Source: Piromyces finnis finn
Taxonomy: Eukaryota > Fungi > Neocallimastigomycota
Assembly (NCBI GenBank): GCA_002104945.1
Contig: MCFH01000009.1
Location: 930,001-994,000 of the forward strand
Direction of reading: 5' to 3'
DNA length: 64,000 nucleotides
The first letter of the stretch is position 1. Every line of letters begins with the position of its first letter. A program made the translations under genes and the position numbers. The notes under the pieces are model-generated. The model searched no databases, was not told the origin of the DNA, and worked only from the letters and a program-made list of their open reading frames with translations. Of the stretch, positions 33,866 to 48,010 are shown in pieces.

Positions 33866-35630
33866 ATGAGGGATAGAATGCAAGAGTTTAAGGTATATAC
33901 ATATATAACTATAATATCTTTTTTATTAATATATATATATATAACTACAATATCTTTTTTATTAATGTATATATATATATAACTACAATATCTTTTTTAT
34001 TAATATATATATATATATAACTACAATATCTTTTTTATTAATATATATATATATATAACTACAATATCTTTTTTATTAATATATATATATATAACCACAA
34101 TATCTTTTTTATTAATATATATATATATATAACCACAATATCTTTTTTATTAATATATATATATATAACTACAATATCTTTTTTATTAATATGATTTAAT
34201 TAATTCTATATTAAAATGAAAGGGTAGCTCAGTTGCTGAAGATCAATGCGCCCTAAGTTCCAACAACAAAAACTCAGCAGAAATGACAGACTTTCTATCA
34301 AAAGTAAATTTATAATAAATATAAAAGTTAATATAGTGTATAATAAAAACTAATTTTTTTTAATATAAAAGATAGAAGTTATGAAAACATCAGTAGCAGT
34401 AATTAAACAAAATGTTGAAAATTTAGAACAATTATATAATAGTTCCTTAGAGACAATTAATGATGCACAATCAAAACGTATATACAAATTAAAATTTATC
34501 TTATCATTACTGAGTAAAATAAAATAAAAAATCTAAAATAAATGATTTTATATATAAATATATTGAAATATCAAATTTTAAAGAAATATCTGTTCAACTC
34601 AATAATGAAATGGATACTATTGCAAAGCAGTCTAAAGATATACAACTTCAACTTTTATCTATGGATAAGGAAAATAGAAAACTTTCAAGTAAATTACAAC
34701 CAAGTGATTTAAGAATAAGACAAACACAAGTATGAAAGTATTAATAATTAATTAAAAAATATAAAATATGAATATCTTTGATAATAAATTGTGTCTTTAA
34801 ATATATTATATTTAGCAAGTAACCTTAACTAAATCATTTATGGATACAATGAACAAATATCGTGATATACAAACTAAATATCAAAGGAAATATAAAGAAA
34901 GAATGGAAAAGCAATATTTAGTTGGTGAATATTATATAGTTTTATTATATTAGGATTCACAAAAATTTCAAAAATTTGTTTTAAATATACAATTGATTTA
35001 AAATTACTAATTTTAAATATATTATTATTGTAAAATTATAAAAAAGTAAATCCAAATACTACTGAAAACGAAATTGCAAGATTACTAGAAAGTGGAGAAT
35101 TAGGTCAAGTTTTTGCGCAAGAGGTAAATAAATAATATGAAATATGAGATTTGTTGAATATTTATAAAGTAGATTGTAATAAATAATAATTATTTGATTA
35201 AATTAAAAAAAAAAAATAGTTAATAGAAAAAAGTTCTAAATCAACTGAAGCAAAAGCAGCTCTCCAGGAAGTTCAAGAAAGACATCAAGAAATTGTTAAA
35301 ATTGAACAAACAGTTCTAGTATGTAATATAATATCCATAATTTATTTTTCAATTTTATTCAAAAATTAAAATATCTAATAAATTTAATATATAATAATAT
35401 ATTAAATTAAACAAATAAATAAATATTAATATAAATAAATAAAAAAAAAAAAAGGAATTGCAACAATTATTCATTGATATGCAAGTTCTAGTTAAAAATC
35501 AAGGTGAAATTATTAATCAAATTGAATATCAAGTTGTTGCTGCTAATGAAAATACTGAAAAAGGTGTCGAAGAATTGAAAGAAGCTGTGGTATATCAGGT
35601 AATTTAAAAATTATTATATTATAAATAATG

Positions 35631-35661
<31 letters not shown>

Positions 35662-35922
35662 ATTGTTTAATGTTTTTAAATCTAATTATAAAACACTTTT
35701 ATATATAAAATCTTTTCTATTGTATTAAAAAATTAAAATAGAAAAAAGCTAGAAAGGTAAATTGTTAATAGTAAATTACTTATTATTATTATTATTATTT
35801 TTAATTAAATAACTAACATTATTTTTTTTTTAATTTCATATTTCATATATAAGAAATTAATTATATTAATATTATTAATTTTGATTATCGTAATTGCTGT
35901 ACTATTATTTATTTTCTTGTAA
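33866..35922 (+). CDS. SSO1: Plasma-membrane syntaxin (Sso1/syntaxin-1 type Qa-SNARE)
   Basis: N-peptide MRDRMQEFK, Habc with LRIRQTQ and YKERMEKQYLV..NPN, SNARE motif ALQEVQERHQEIVKIEQTVLELQQLFIDMQVLVKNQGEIINQIE, KKARK followed by a C-terminal TM helix. Confidence 0.88.
33901..34190. repeat. Intronic minisatellite: 8 copies of a 36-38 bp unit
   Basis: The unit (AT)n-AACTACAATATCTTTTTTATTAAT is repeated 8 times (first copy truncated) in syntaxin intron 1. Confidence 0.95.
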
Positions 35923-36252
35923 ATTAAATATCAATTATATGATAATAAGATATATATATTATAAAAACTTTATAAAAATATGTATACAAAATAGGGGAAA
36001 AATAATTCTTTTGAAATAACCTTTAATTCTTTTCATAATATAATATATTTTTATAAATAAATTATATTTATATTTATAATAATAAATAAATAAAGTATCT
36101 TGTGCTTTTGCTATTTATACATAAATTAAGCAGTAAATATATTAATATTAATATAGTTTTTTATTTATGTTTTTACTTTTAAAAGAAAATATAATATAAT
36201 AATTATAATATTTGCTTTTGAAATAATATGTTTTTTAAATACAACAATTTAT

Positions 36253-36297
<45 letters not shown>

Positions 36298-36304
36298 TCA
36301 AAAT

Positions 36305-39300
36305 CTAAAGAAGTTGTTTTAATTCCATTGCTACATCTTTAACTTTTTCATCGGCTGATTGCTTATATAATGAAATAATACTAGAAACATTATTTAAAAG
36401 ACTAGCAGCTTCTTTCATACTTGGATAATAATGAAGCTATTTGTATAATTTATAATATTTAAAGGATTAATACTACTTATTTTTATTTATTTATTTTTTT
36501 TTAATATATATATATATATATGCAGTGTTTACTTACTAAATTACCAACAGCAATACCAATACGGAATTGATTATCGCTAAATGTTTCATTTTCCATTGCC
36601 TAATAATAATTTTAATATCAATATTAATTCAATAATATTTGTAATGTATATATTTTATTAATATTTACATTATTAAGTAGCTCTAAAAGTTGGAAGGCAT
36701 GTTCGTAATCATCTGTACCTTTTATTAATACAGTAAAACTATAAAAAAATACCAATTAAAATTTAAAAATATACTAATTTATTTAATTATTAAATATTGA
36801 ACTTAATATATACTTTAATATAGTAGTAATTAATGCAAATTTAAAGAACTTGTTTGAATTATCATTGGCTGTTTTTTCAATGCAATCAATAATCTGTATT
36901 TAATATTTTTCATAATTGTAATTAATATATGATTTTGCTTTTTTATATAATAACACTGTATATATATATATATATTTAAAATGCATACAAGATTTATATT
37001 TTCATTAATAAAATCTCTTCCTATCTTTGAAGCAAATAAATTTGAAATAAATCTCAAAATAAACATTCTACAATTAACACTGAATTTATTACTTTCATTA
37101 GAAATGTCTTTTGATGATACAGAGAAATTACTTTTTAATAATTCAATAATAAATTCTTTGTTATTATCTTGTATTGGTTGTGCTGTGTATATAGAACACA
37201 TTCTTAATAAATCAATACCTATAATTTTAAATATATATATATATTAGGTTAATAATTCATTATTGAGTTCATTATTTTTAATATCAAAATTTGAAAATAT
37301 TAAGTATTTACATGGGAATCTATAATTGACTGGCCATTCAATACATATTTTTTTAATAGTATTTATATGTTTTTGATTAAATACTTTTTTGAAAGATTCG
37401 ACTGATGGATTTTCAAACATTGTATTTAATTCTGATAAAGTATTAATATCATCATCATTTAAACTCTTTTCTGGAATCTTTACCGATAAAAATTATTAAT
37501 ATTAATATTAGTAATAAATTAACTATAATTGCTACATCAACAACAATAATAATATTAATAATAATTACCTCAATTTTAATTTTATCATTAAATTCAATGA
37601 TTTTACTAATAATTTTTACTGCGTCACCAACTTTGAAAATTGTATATCCATCCTTTAATAATTTAATTATTTAGATTTTATGATATAGATTTAATATTAT
37701 TTACTTTTTTTTAATAATTTTTGGAATTTCTAATAATACCTTTGGAATGTAGACTGTTTTAATTAAAATAAATATTATATATATTTTTTTTTCATTAAAA
37801 TTATAATAAATTAGTATTATATTTTTTCTTTTTCTTTTCTTTTTCTTTCTTTCTTTACTTTATATAATAACTATAATTACCTTGCTTTGAAGAACTTGAG
37901 GTTGTCTATATTTTGAAAATATTAAATTATTAATAATTATTATGATATACGAATGAAGATTTTTTTTGAAAAGGTAATAATAAAAATATACAACTTACAG
38001 TATTAACTTGAACTTTATTTTAAAAAAATTTAACAGAAATTATAATTTTTTAAAAAAAAAAAAATTAATAATATTTCAGAAATTTTTGTATAAATTTAGT
38101 TTATTTATACCATTTCCACCAGGGACGTATCTTGAAGCTTTTAAATTTGAATAAATAATATAAATAAATAAATTAAAAAAAAATACAATCATTACTAAAT
38201 TATATGTTAAATTACATGTAAATGGTGTTGCAGCTGTAGAATTGCTTATATTATCTTTAGATATTTAATATTAAAAAAAAATAACAATTATAAAATATTA
38301 ATATCAAGAGTGTTAAAATAAAATTAAAATATTAATTTATATATACTAACTGTTATTATCACCACCAGGTACATATCTTGATGCTACAAATGAAAAAAAA
38401 TATTATTAAGTATTAATTAAAATGGTTAACATAATAATAATTTAATTTACATGTGAATGGTGTTGCAGCTGTTGATTTTGTTGTATTTTGATCTAAAACT
38501 ACTGGTTTTGAGTTATTAATTATAAACATTGCAATTTGATCAAGAAAATCTTGCGATAATTCATGTTTCCAGATAAATTCTTGTGCAGCTTGATATGGAT
38601 TTTCTTTAATATTTTAGTAATAAAAATAATATATATTATATATTTAAATTTAAAATTAGATACTCTTTATATTCTCTTTTATATCGTTTTATTTTTTTTT
38701 TTGATTATAAGTTAATTGATTTACCAGTAGCGTTATATGGAAGACGTAAAATACTTCCATCACCAATATCAATATCAAAAACATAATCATATTCTTTTCC
38801 TTCGAATAATGTCTTATTTGATGATGTTGAAACAACAACACCAACTTTAATCCATTTTTGATCAGTATTACTCCACTAAAAAATATATATTTTGATTTAT
38901 TAGATGATGAATTTTTATTATTAAAATGTTAATTATATACAAACTTGATATGCTTCGACATCTTTTCCATTCTTAATCATTGCAACTTGACCATCCTTTT
39001 TACCAGGAGTATCAAGAAAACTTTTATCTTTAATTTCATTCTTGTCAATATTTGATCCATCACTAATTTTAAAAAAATATAAAATTGATTAATTTAAAAG
39101 AATATATTTTTTTATATACATATTCATTTCATATAAAATATATACGATGCTACAGCAAAGTTCGAAACTGAATCTTCAAATTGCTATTTTACAATTATAT
39201 AAATAACGAAATTAAAAATTGTTTATATGTTTAAAAATAATCAATAATAAAAAGTACCCACTTTAATTAACTCATCGCTTGCTAACCTTTCAGTACTTCT

Positions 39301-40956
39301 TGTAAACACTCTTATAACATTATCACTAGCACCACTAACTATATCACCATTTTGTAAAACTTGAACACACCAAACAGAAACTGCAGGATGACTTATAGTT
39401 TGTTTACATTCATTATCTTATAATAAAAAATGGGAAAAATTTTAAAAATTATTATTTTGAAATTAATTTAATTATATAAAATAACTTTTAAATTCAAAAT
39501 AATACAACAATAATGAAACCTTTCCAAATTTTAATAGTTCTATCTTCACCACAAGAAATGATTTCATCAGTAATAGCATTATATTTAACACAATATACAA
39601 AAGCAGTATGGCTGTATAATTCATTTAAACAATCACCATTTATATCCCAAATTCTTAATGAACTATATAATTTATAAATATATAAATATATATGTTTATT
39701 TTAATAAGCATTTAAATTAAAATAAAAAATTATAAATTATATCTTTATTTTTAATATATTAAAAAATACCCATCATTAGAGCATGAAACAAATTTATTAT
39801 CTGATATGCTTGCAAGACCTCTAACACAATCAGCATGACCCACAAAGGTATGGAGACATTTATCATTTTCCCATAGTTTTATTGATTTATCAGCAGATGC
39901 TATATATTTAATTTTAATTAAATGCTATTTAAATGAAAAAGATATTTATATAATAATCTTATATTTTAATTACCTGTTAAAACTTTGTTATCAGATAACC
40001 CTAAAACAGCCCAAATAGCTAGAGTATGACCCTTTAAAGTATATTGACAATTCCAATTTTTCCATATTTTAGCAGTACTTTTGTTTATGATATAATAATT
40101 ATAATAATTATTACCAATTTTTTAAAAAATTATTATTCAAATATTCAAATATATTTAATTAAAATATTTACTTATCCCATGAACCAGATATAATAGAACC
40201 ATCTGGTGTACTTGAAATTGAAGAAACTGTATTATCATGACCAATTAGAATATATAAAGGTTCTGTAGATTCTGGTTCAAAAACATTTATAGTTTTATCA
40301 ACACCGCCACTTAAGATTAAACCTATTAAAAGTGTGATTTATGAATATAAAAAAAAATTTATATAATATATAGGATGGGATTTTACAATTAGTCATTTAA
40401 TATTATTAAATTTTATACAACTTCATAATTAAATTTAATTGTTATAATAATAATAATAACAATAACAATAATAATAATAATAATGAATAACCTTTAGGAT
40501 ATTGAGAATTTGGTTTAAGATAATAAAGACAAATGACATAACCTTTGTGAAAAGCATAATTAAATTCCGGTTCGTATGTATTATCAATATTTTTTTTCCA
40601 AGAAATAACAGTACTATCTCTTGAAGCTGAAACTATATTATTATTTTGATCATAATCAATACCGCGTACCTTAAATAATAATATTACAAATAATTTTTCA
40701 GAGAATTTTTATATTAAATGTAAATATATTAAATATTATAAGAATTAGAATGAAATTACTAAATTTCATTTTACTATATTTTTTTACAATTGACATATAC
40801 TATTAATTAATTAATTTAATACTGATAAATGATATTTAATTTAAAAATAAATATTTATATTTAAATATAAATATATATTTAAATAATAAAACAATAATAA
40901 TTTCATACATCAAGATTATGACCCATCAAATTGGCTGAGAGTTTGTAACTTTCCAT
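36305..40956 (-). CDS. PLAA: Phospholipase A2-activating protein / Doa1 / Ufd3 (WD40-PFU-PUL ubiquitin and Cdc48 adaptor)
   Basis: [16 protein letters not shown]|[37 protein letters not shown] motifs [46 protein letters not shown] motif [14 protein letters not shown]-terminus VAMELKQLL*. Confidence 0.93.
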
Positions 40957-42319
40957 ATTAGTAATATTTGTGATCTTCAAAAATATATAAATATACTATG
41001 TTATTATTTTCTATTTTTTAGAGATAAAATATTTGATAAATCCAAAAAATTAACAATTATCTAAAACAATTTAAACACATTAAATTTAAAAATTATATAA
41101 AAGAAAGATACAAATAAATACAAAAGTGAATCGTTTAGATTTTATTTTTATTAATATCACGTGTATATATAAAATTAAAATAAATATCTATTATTTAATT
41201 AATTTTTAAAATAAAAAAAAATATATTAAACTTGTGTTACATTTATAAAATAAGTATTAGGTGTATATAATTACTATTAAGAAATATTGCCATAGTAACG
41301 ATTTTTTTAAAAAAAAGAAAAATAATAACAAGTTATTAAAAAAATATTTTTTTAAATTAGAATATATTTTTAAAAATAGATTATATATTAAATAATATAT
41401 TATAAATTAATAAAATACTTTAATAAATAATTAAAATATATAAAGTGTTTAATTTTTTCCTATACTTTCTTTTTTTTTTTTAAAAAAAAAAAAATTTAAT
41501 TTTTAAATAAACTAATTTAAAAAATTATTAATTGGTTTAGTTTAATTATAAAATGTAAGCCTAATATAAATTTTAGTAAAGTTTTTTTTTTTTTTTTTAA
41601 AAAAAAGGATATATATCATAATTATTTAATAAAGTAAACATGAAGATAAAAATATGGAAGAAAACTACAATTAAATTTAAAATTTTAAAAATTGGAAAAG
41701 ATAATTTATAATATTTAAAGAGTATTAAATAAATATATTATATTCAAAGTGTACTATTGAAAAGTAATTATATAATAAATTCGTAGAAATTACATGAAAT
41801 ATGTATATATACTGTAAAATCAATAAAATACTTGATCTTCAAAAATATTAAACCTAATATAATATAAAACGGAAGAAAGAGATCGTTCAATGTTATTATA
41901 TAAAAATGTTATCAAGAATTAAACAAGTTTTTACTAAATTTGTTTACTAAATCAAAATACCATATTTGACCTTTTAACATCGTCAAGAGTAATAAATCAA
42001 TGTATATAATATTAAGTTAATTTCAAAATTTTAAAAGTATAATTTTATAAAGCTATAAAAAAATTATAATAAATATATCAAAAAAAAAAAAAAATATTAT
42101 TAATTAAAATTATTGTTCATATACAAACATTTACTCTCTGCAATAAATAGATAATGATAATAGTAGTAATGATAAAGATAATAACAATAAAAAATATTAT
42201 TAATTAAAAGCAATATTAAAATAAATGTAAAAATAATTCTTATAAGAAGTAAATAAAAATAAATGAACTAAATTTAATTATATGTATAAATAAATATATT
42301 TTATTCTAGTAATTAAAAA

Positions 42320-43273
42320 ATGGCTTTACCAAAGAGAATTATAAAGGTAATTCAAATATTTTTATTTTAATTTATATTTTTTAAATCTCTGTTTCTAAAA
42401 AGCAATTTAATTAGAATATGTATTAAATAGATCATTAAATATTATATAATTATTATTTGTATATCAATTTTATTATTAGGAAACTGAAAGATTAATGGCT
42501 GAACCAACTCCAGGAATTTCAGCTGTTCCTCACGAAGATAATTTACGTTACTTTGATGTAGAAATTTCTGGACCAGATTCATCTCCATACGAAGGTATTA
42601 CATGAATTAAAAAAAAAAAAATTCTAAAAAATGTATTTATGGTATATGAAAATAATCATTTACAATTTATATTTTAAGGTGGTAAATTTAAGCTTGAACT
42701 TTTCCTCCCAGAAGAATATCCAATGTCACCACCAAAAGTTAGATTTTTAACTAAAATTTATCATCCAAATATTGATAAATTAGGTAGAATATGCCTTGAT
42801 ATTCTTAAAGGTAATTATTCAATAACTTAAACAAAAAAAAAAAAATAATTAATTGGTTGAATAATATACATAATATATTATATATAAAAATAAAAAATAA
42901 AAATAAATAGATAAGTGGTCTCCAGCTCATCAAATCCGTACTGTTTTATTATCAATTCAAGTTTTATTATCAGGTAAATATTTTAATATTTCAACAAAAA
43001 TTTAATAAGTTAAATCGATTTTATTTTAATAAATAATAATTATTATAATAATGATTATATTATTATTGTAAAATTAGATCCAAACCCAGATGATCCACTT
43101 GCTAATGATGTTGCTCAAGAATGGAAAACAAATAAAGAACAAGCTATTGCTACTGGTAATGATTATATTATTAAAAGAATTTTATATTATATCACTAAAA
43201 TAATTCATATCTAATGGTAATTTTATTATATATATATGAAGCTAAGGAATGGACTCAAAAATATGCAAAATAA
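42320..43273 (+). CDS. UBC13: Ubiquitin-conjugating enzyme E2 Ubc13/UBE2N
   Basis: Six exons: MALPKRIIK|[25 protein letters not shown]...|[22 protein letters not shown]|[17 protein letters not shown]..|[12 protein letters not shown]..|[10 protein letters not shown]. Confidence 0.95.
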
Positions 43274-43719
43274 ATAAACTAAATTCGTTATAAATAAAAA
43301 TATATCCAAATAATAAAAAAAAATAGGAAATGAAACATATTTAACTAAAAAAATATAATAAATAATAATATCCATAGTAACAAATAATTTCTTGTAATGA
43401 AAATATTTTTATTCATGTAATTATAAGCGAAATAATAAAGTTAAAATAATTCTAGAATAAAATAAAAATGAAACTAATTGAAATAATAATAAGAAATTGA
43501 AATTAAGTATGTTTTTTACTATTCTTTTTTCTTTATTATTTTGTAATAAAATTAAATATATAAACTTTATTATTAATATTTTTTTGAAAATGTAATTTAA
43601 AATGTTTATAAAAAAATTAAATATCTAATTATAATAATAGTTATTACTAAATATAAAATGTTTTAAAATCTTTAAAAAAAATTAATTCTAATTAGAAATT
43701 ATCTTTTAATTATAGGATA

Positions 43720-43720
<1 letters not shown>

Positions 43721-43788
<68 letters not shown>
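43721..43788. repeat. (ATT)n microsatellite
   Basis: About 22 units, intergenic. Confidence 0.9.
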
Positions 43789-43789
<1 letters not shown>

Positions 43790-44181
43790 TTATTTCTATA
43801 ACAATATTTTAATATTTTTAACGACTTATTTTATAACAACAATAATAATAATATTATTATTATTACTAATAATTAATGGTAGTAGTTGTAATATTGATAG
43901 AATTAACATTATAAGTGTTGTTATATATTGGTATTACTATTATACTATATGATTATTATTGAATATAAAGTTTTTTCTTACCTAGAAAAATTATTAAAAT
44001 TTTCAATTCTATTTTTATTTTTATCTCAATTTATGTAATATCTTAAAATCATATAATAAATTATAAAAAAAGTTATTCTTTTAAAATTTTTCTTTTTCTG
44101 TAATTGAGAAAAAAAATTTTTTTTAAAATAATTTTTTTTCTAAATTATTTACAAAATTTATATGTAATAATATTAATAATT

Positions 44182-47100
44182 ATGGGTAATGCATTTTCAG
44201 TGAATATTGCAGAACAAACTACCAATAACGAGATGTATATTTATTGTATTTTATACAATTAAATTTTTTTTTTCTATATTAATTTTAATAATCTATTTTT
44301 CATTTAATATATTGATATTTTACGTTCTAATATTTTTATAATGCTTATTTCATTATTTTAGTAATGATGAAATAAAAGGAAAGGTTTTAACTCAAGATGA
44401 TAATAGCAGAAATTTGATAAATATAAAAAAAAGTAACAACTATGAAGAAATGGAATGTATTGATAATTATTGTAATAATTATTATGTCAATGGTCAAAAA
44501 AATATTGAAAAAGAATGTATAAATGAAGTTAAAGATTATAAAAATGATGAAGTAAATAAAAATGAGAATTCTATTAATCCAGATTCTCTAAAAAGTGAAA
44601 AGGTTAATGATTATATCAATATAATTAAAATTGATTCTAGTAATTCTGATAATAATTTACATGTATCCAATAATTGCAATCAAATTGGTAGAAGTGCTTC
44701 CGGAGTTAATCAAGATAATTATTTATCATTATGTCGCCAATCTAGTAATTATAGTTCAACAATTGTTAATGATAATAGTAAATACTCCAGTGCTACTACA
44801 GTTAATAGAAATAATAGCATTAATTGTCATAATTCAAGTTATGTTGAAGAGATACTTAAAGATCATCATGAAGATATGAATACAAACTATATTAATGATG
44901 TTTTAAGCAGTGGATTCATTAGTCATGAAGATTTATTAGATAATTTTGATAATGGCACTTCTTCCATTAACCCAAATAACTACACTTCTATATCTTATGA
45001 CTCGAACGTAAACAAAGAATTGAAAAACTTTTCTAAAAATAATAATGAATTAAATAATAATAAAGATACTGATAATAATTTATTATTAAATCAAATAAGC
45101 GAAAATAATGATGTATATCTCGATATTAAAAATGATGACGAAAGTAGTTGTGGTAGTTCAAAAGATTATTCATATAATTATGATGATGAATATGTAAATA
45201 TGGGAAACTACTTTTTTAATAATAAAGATATTATACAAGATAATAATATTATTGATTATGAATATAATCCGACTTATTATGATATATGGAGTGTTAAAGA
45301 AGATAATAATATATTAAATGACAATTATTCTAATGATAGATATAATGATAATAATGCAGAAAATTATAATTATAATTCAAGTTATAAAAGTTCATATTCA
45401 GATACCTATCAAATAAAAAATAAATATAAAGGATTTCAAGAATTTAAAAGTACAGCTAATTCATCAAGTTACTTCTTAAATAAAACTGAAAAAACAAAAA
45501 CAGATTCTCAAATTATGCTTTTCCCTGAAATTGCTAAACAAATAAATAAAGAAAAAATTAAGGTATATAATAGTAAACCATTCTCGATTAGTTCACAAAA
45601 TAGTACAGATGATTGTTCTAGTATATTAAATTATGTACCATCGAAGCAAACATTATATCCAAAAGATGCTGGCTATACAAATGAAAACTCTATGTCAACG
45701 TCAAAATTAAATTCTAAAGTATTTAATGATTCAGCAATATTCAGTGATAATAATTCAACATCAGTTCTTCAAATTACTCGATCAAACAGTGTCATAGTAA
45801 CCAATGGTATAAATATTAAAATTATTATTTATGATATATATAATACTAATAGCGATTAATGAAAAATAATAAATCAATAATAATATTTATTTGTTTTTTT
45901 TTTTAAAAAAAAAAAAACTGTATTTTAAATTTATTTTATTAGAAAATGATTTTAATGGTAATAAAAAAATAACAAATTTAATAAGAGAAAGTCAATATAA
46001 TTTAAGAAACTTAAAGAATCTTAAATTAAATGATAAGCCAAAAGATAATAAAATGGCTGTAAGATATAATTCATGTTCAACACTTTTAATTGATAACACA
46101 ATTACAACAGCTGATATGGATGATACTATAAGATGGTAAGTTGTAATAATAGTGATACTAATAAAAATAATAAATATCATATATTATTTTTTATTTGATG
46201 AAGTAACTCATATATATGATCACAATTTTAATGAATAATAAATAGTGTAACATTAGCGATATTATATAGAATAAGGGCAAACCATAAAAAAAATGTCAAA
46301 TTAGTTACTAATAAAATTTTTTCAGAAAAATTATACCCATTGACAGTATGTAAATAATATATATATTTTTATATATACCCTATGAATTGAATTTAACTTT
46401 TATATTAAAATAGATGCATCCTAGATTTTCTCCAAATCCACCAACTGAAAAGGAAATATATAAGTTTTTAAAAAGTTTATTCCATTCAGCAGAAGTAATT
46501 TAACTGTTAAATAATTTTATACTAAAGATAAAATATATATATATAATATTTAATAAAGTTAATGAATATTAATATATTAAATATATATAAAATATATATT
46601 TAATATATTGTTTTTATATATATAGTTAAATAGTGAATGCGCTATAATAACATTGGTATGCACATTAATAAAAAACAATATTTTAATTGATAAATTGAAA
46701 CATTATATTTAAGAATTTTTTTTTCTATTAGATCTATGTTGAAAGAATGTTAGCATACACAAATATAACTATCCATTCATGTAATTGGACAAGAATATTA
46801 CTAGGAGGAGTATTACTAGCATCAAAAGTTTGGGATGATCATGCTATTTGGAATGCTGATTTCTGTCAAATATTCCCAATTGCTGCTGTTGAAGATATGT
46901 ACGTTTATATTATTTTAAAAAAAGCTTGAGCTATATATTAAATGAAATATATTTTTTATTCTTCTTAAAAAAAATATTAATTTATATTAATCATATTCGT
47001 TTAAATATAATAAAATAAAGGAATAAACTTGAAAGATGGTATATGAATGCAATTAATTATAATGTCAGTATTCGTTCTTCATTATTTGTTAAATACTATT

Positions 47101-47447
47101 TTGAACTAAGAGAATTAGTATCTAAAAAAGGAAAACACTTAAAATTAAAACCATTGAACTCAAATGATGCCAAATTATTAGAAGTAAAATTTTAAAATAT
47201 TAATAATTTCTAAAATTATTCTTATATATTAATTATTTAATCTTTTTTTTTTTCTGACATTATTGTTTTAATATATCAAAAAAAAAAAATATCTAAATAA
47301 AATTTAAAGGAAAAAATTAATCAATCTGATGACCAACGTAATAATTTAAGTATCTTACACTATAACCTCCCAGATAAAAAGGGAATACGAAGAACAGTTA
47401 GTGATAGCAATTTTAAATCAATAGCAATTCAAGCATCATTATTTTAA
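44182..47447 (+). CDS. CCNY: Cyclin Y-like protein with very long Asn/Ser-rich N-terminal region
   Basis: Start MGNAFS, then RYNSCSTLLIDNT, IYKFLKSLFHSAE|LNSECAIITL|IYVERML, NWTRILLGGVLLASKVWDDHAIWNADFCQI, NKLERWYMNAINYNVSIRSSLFVKYYFELREL and RRTVSDSN. Confidence 0.88.
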
Positions 47448-48010
47448 AATATACAAAATATTAACTTAGATCTAAACTTTAGATATTAAAATACATAAAT
47501 ATTTATAGATGAAAATATAATATAAAAAAAAATTCTATCAAAGTATTAAAATTATTTAATAAATTAATATTATTTAAAAAAAGAAATCATTTTTAAAAAA
47601 AAAAAAGATTTTATTTTTTTTGCTAACTTTAATTATAATATTTTGAATTTTGATTAAACTATGTATATACATATATACAGTATATGATTATATAGGATCA
47701 TTATAATAATAAAAATTGTAGTGAATAGTTCTATTATTTATATTAATTAGGATTAAAACATTATAATTTTAATATATATTAATTATTAATTTTTATGTTA
47801 TTATTGATTGGATCAAATCAATTTTATTTAGCATTATTATTAAAATTTATATATAAATTTATAAAAGTCTTTTAATACTTTTTATAAATTGTAAAGGTAA
47901 AATTTTTAACATTCCATTTAAAATAGAATATAAGTAATCAATAATAATTAAATATATACATATATATGAAATGAAGAAATAAGATTAAATTGAAATTAAA
48001 ATAAGTAACA

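Noticed and set aside
33901-34190. 8 repeats of 36-38 bp, CRISPR-like in unit size
   Set aside because: No unique spacers (units abut directly), no cas genes, and it lies in a eukaryotic intron; it is a minisatellite.
34221-34260. GGGTAGCTCAGTTG resembling a tRNA 5' end / A-box
   Set aside because: No T-loop GTTCRA or acceptor stem, and it is the in-frame start of syntaxin exon 2.
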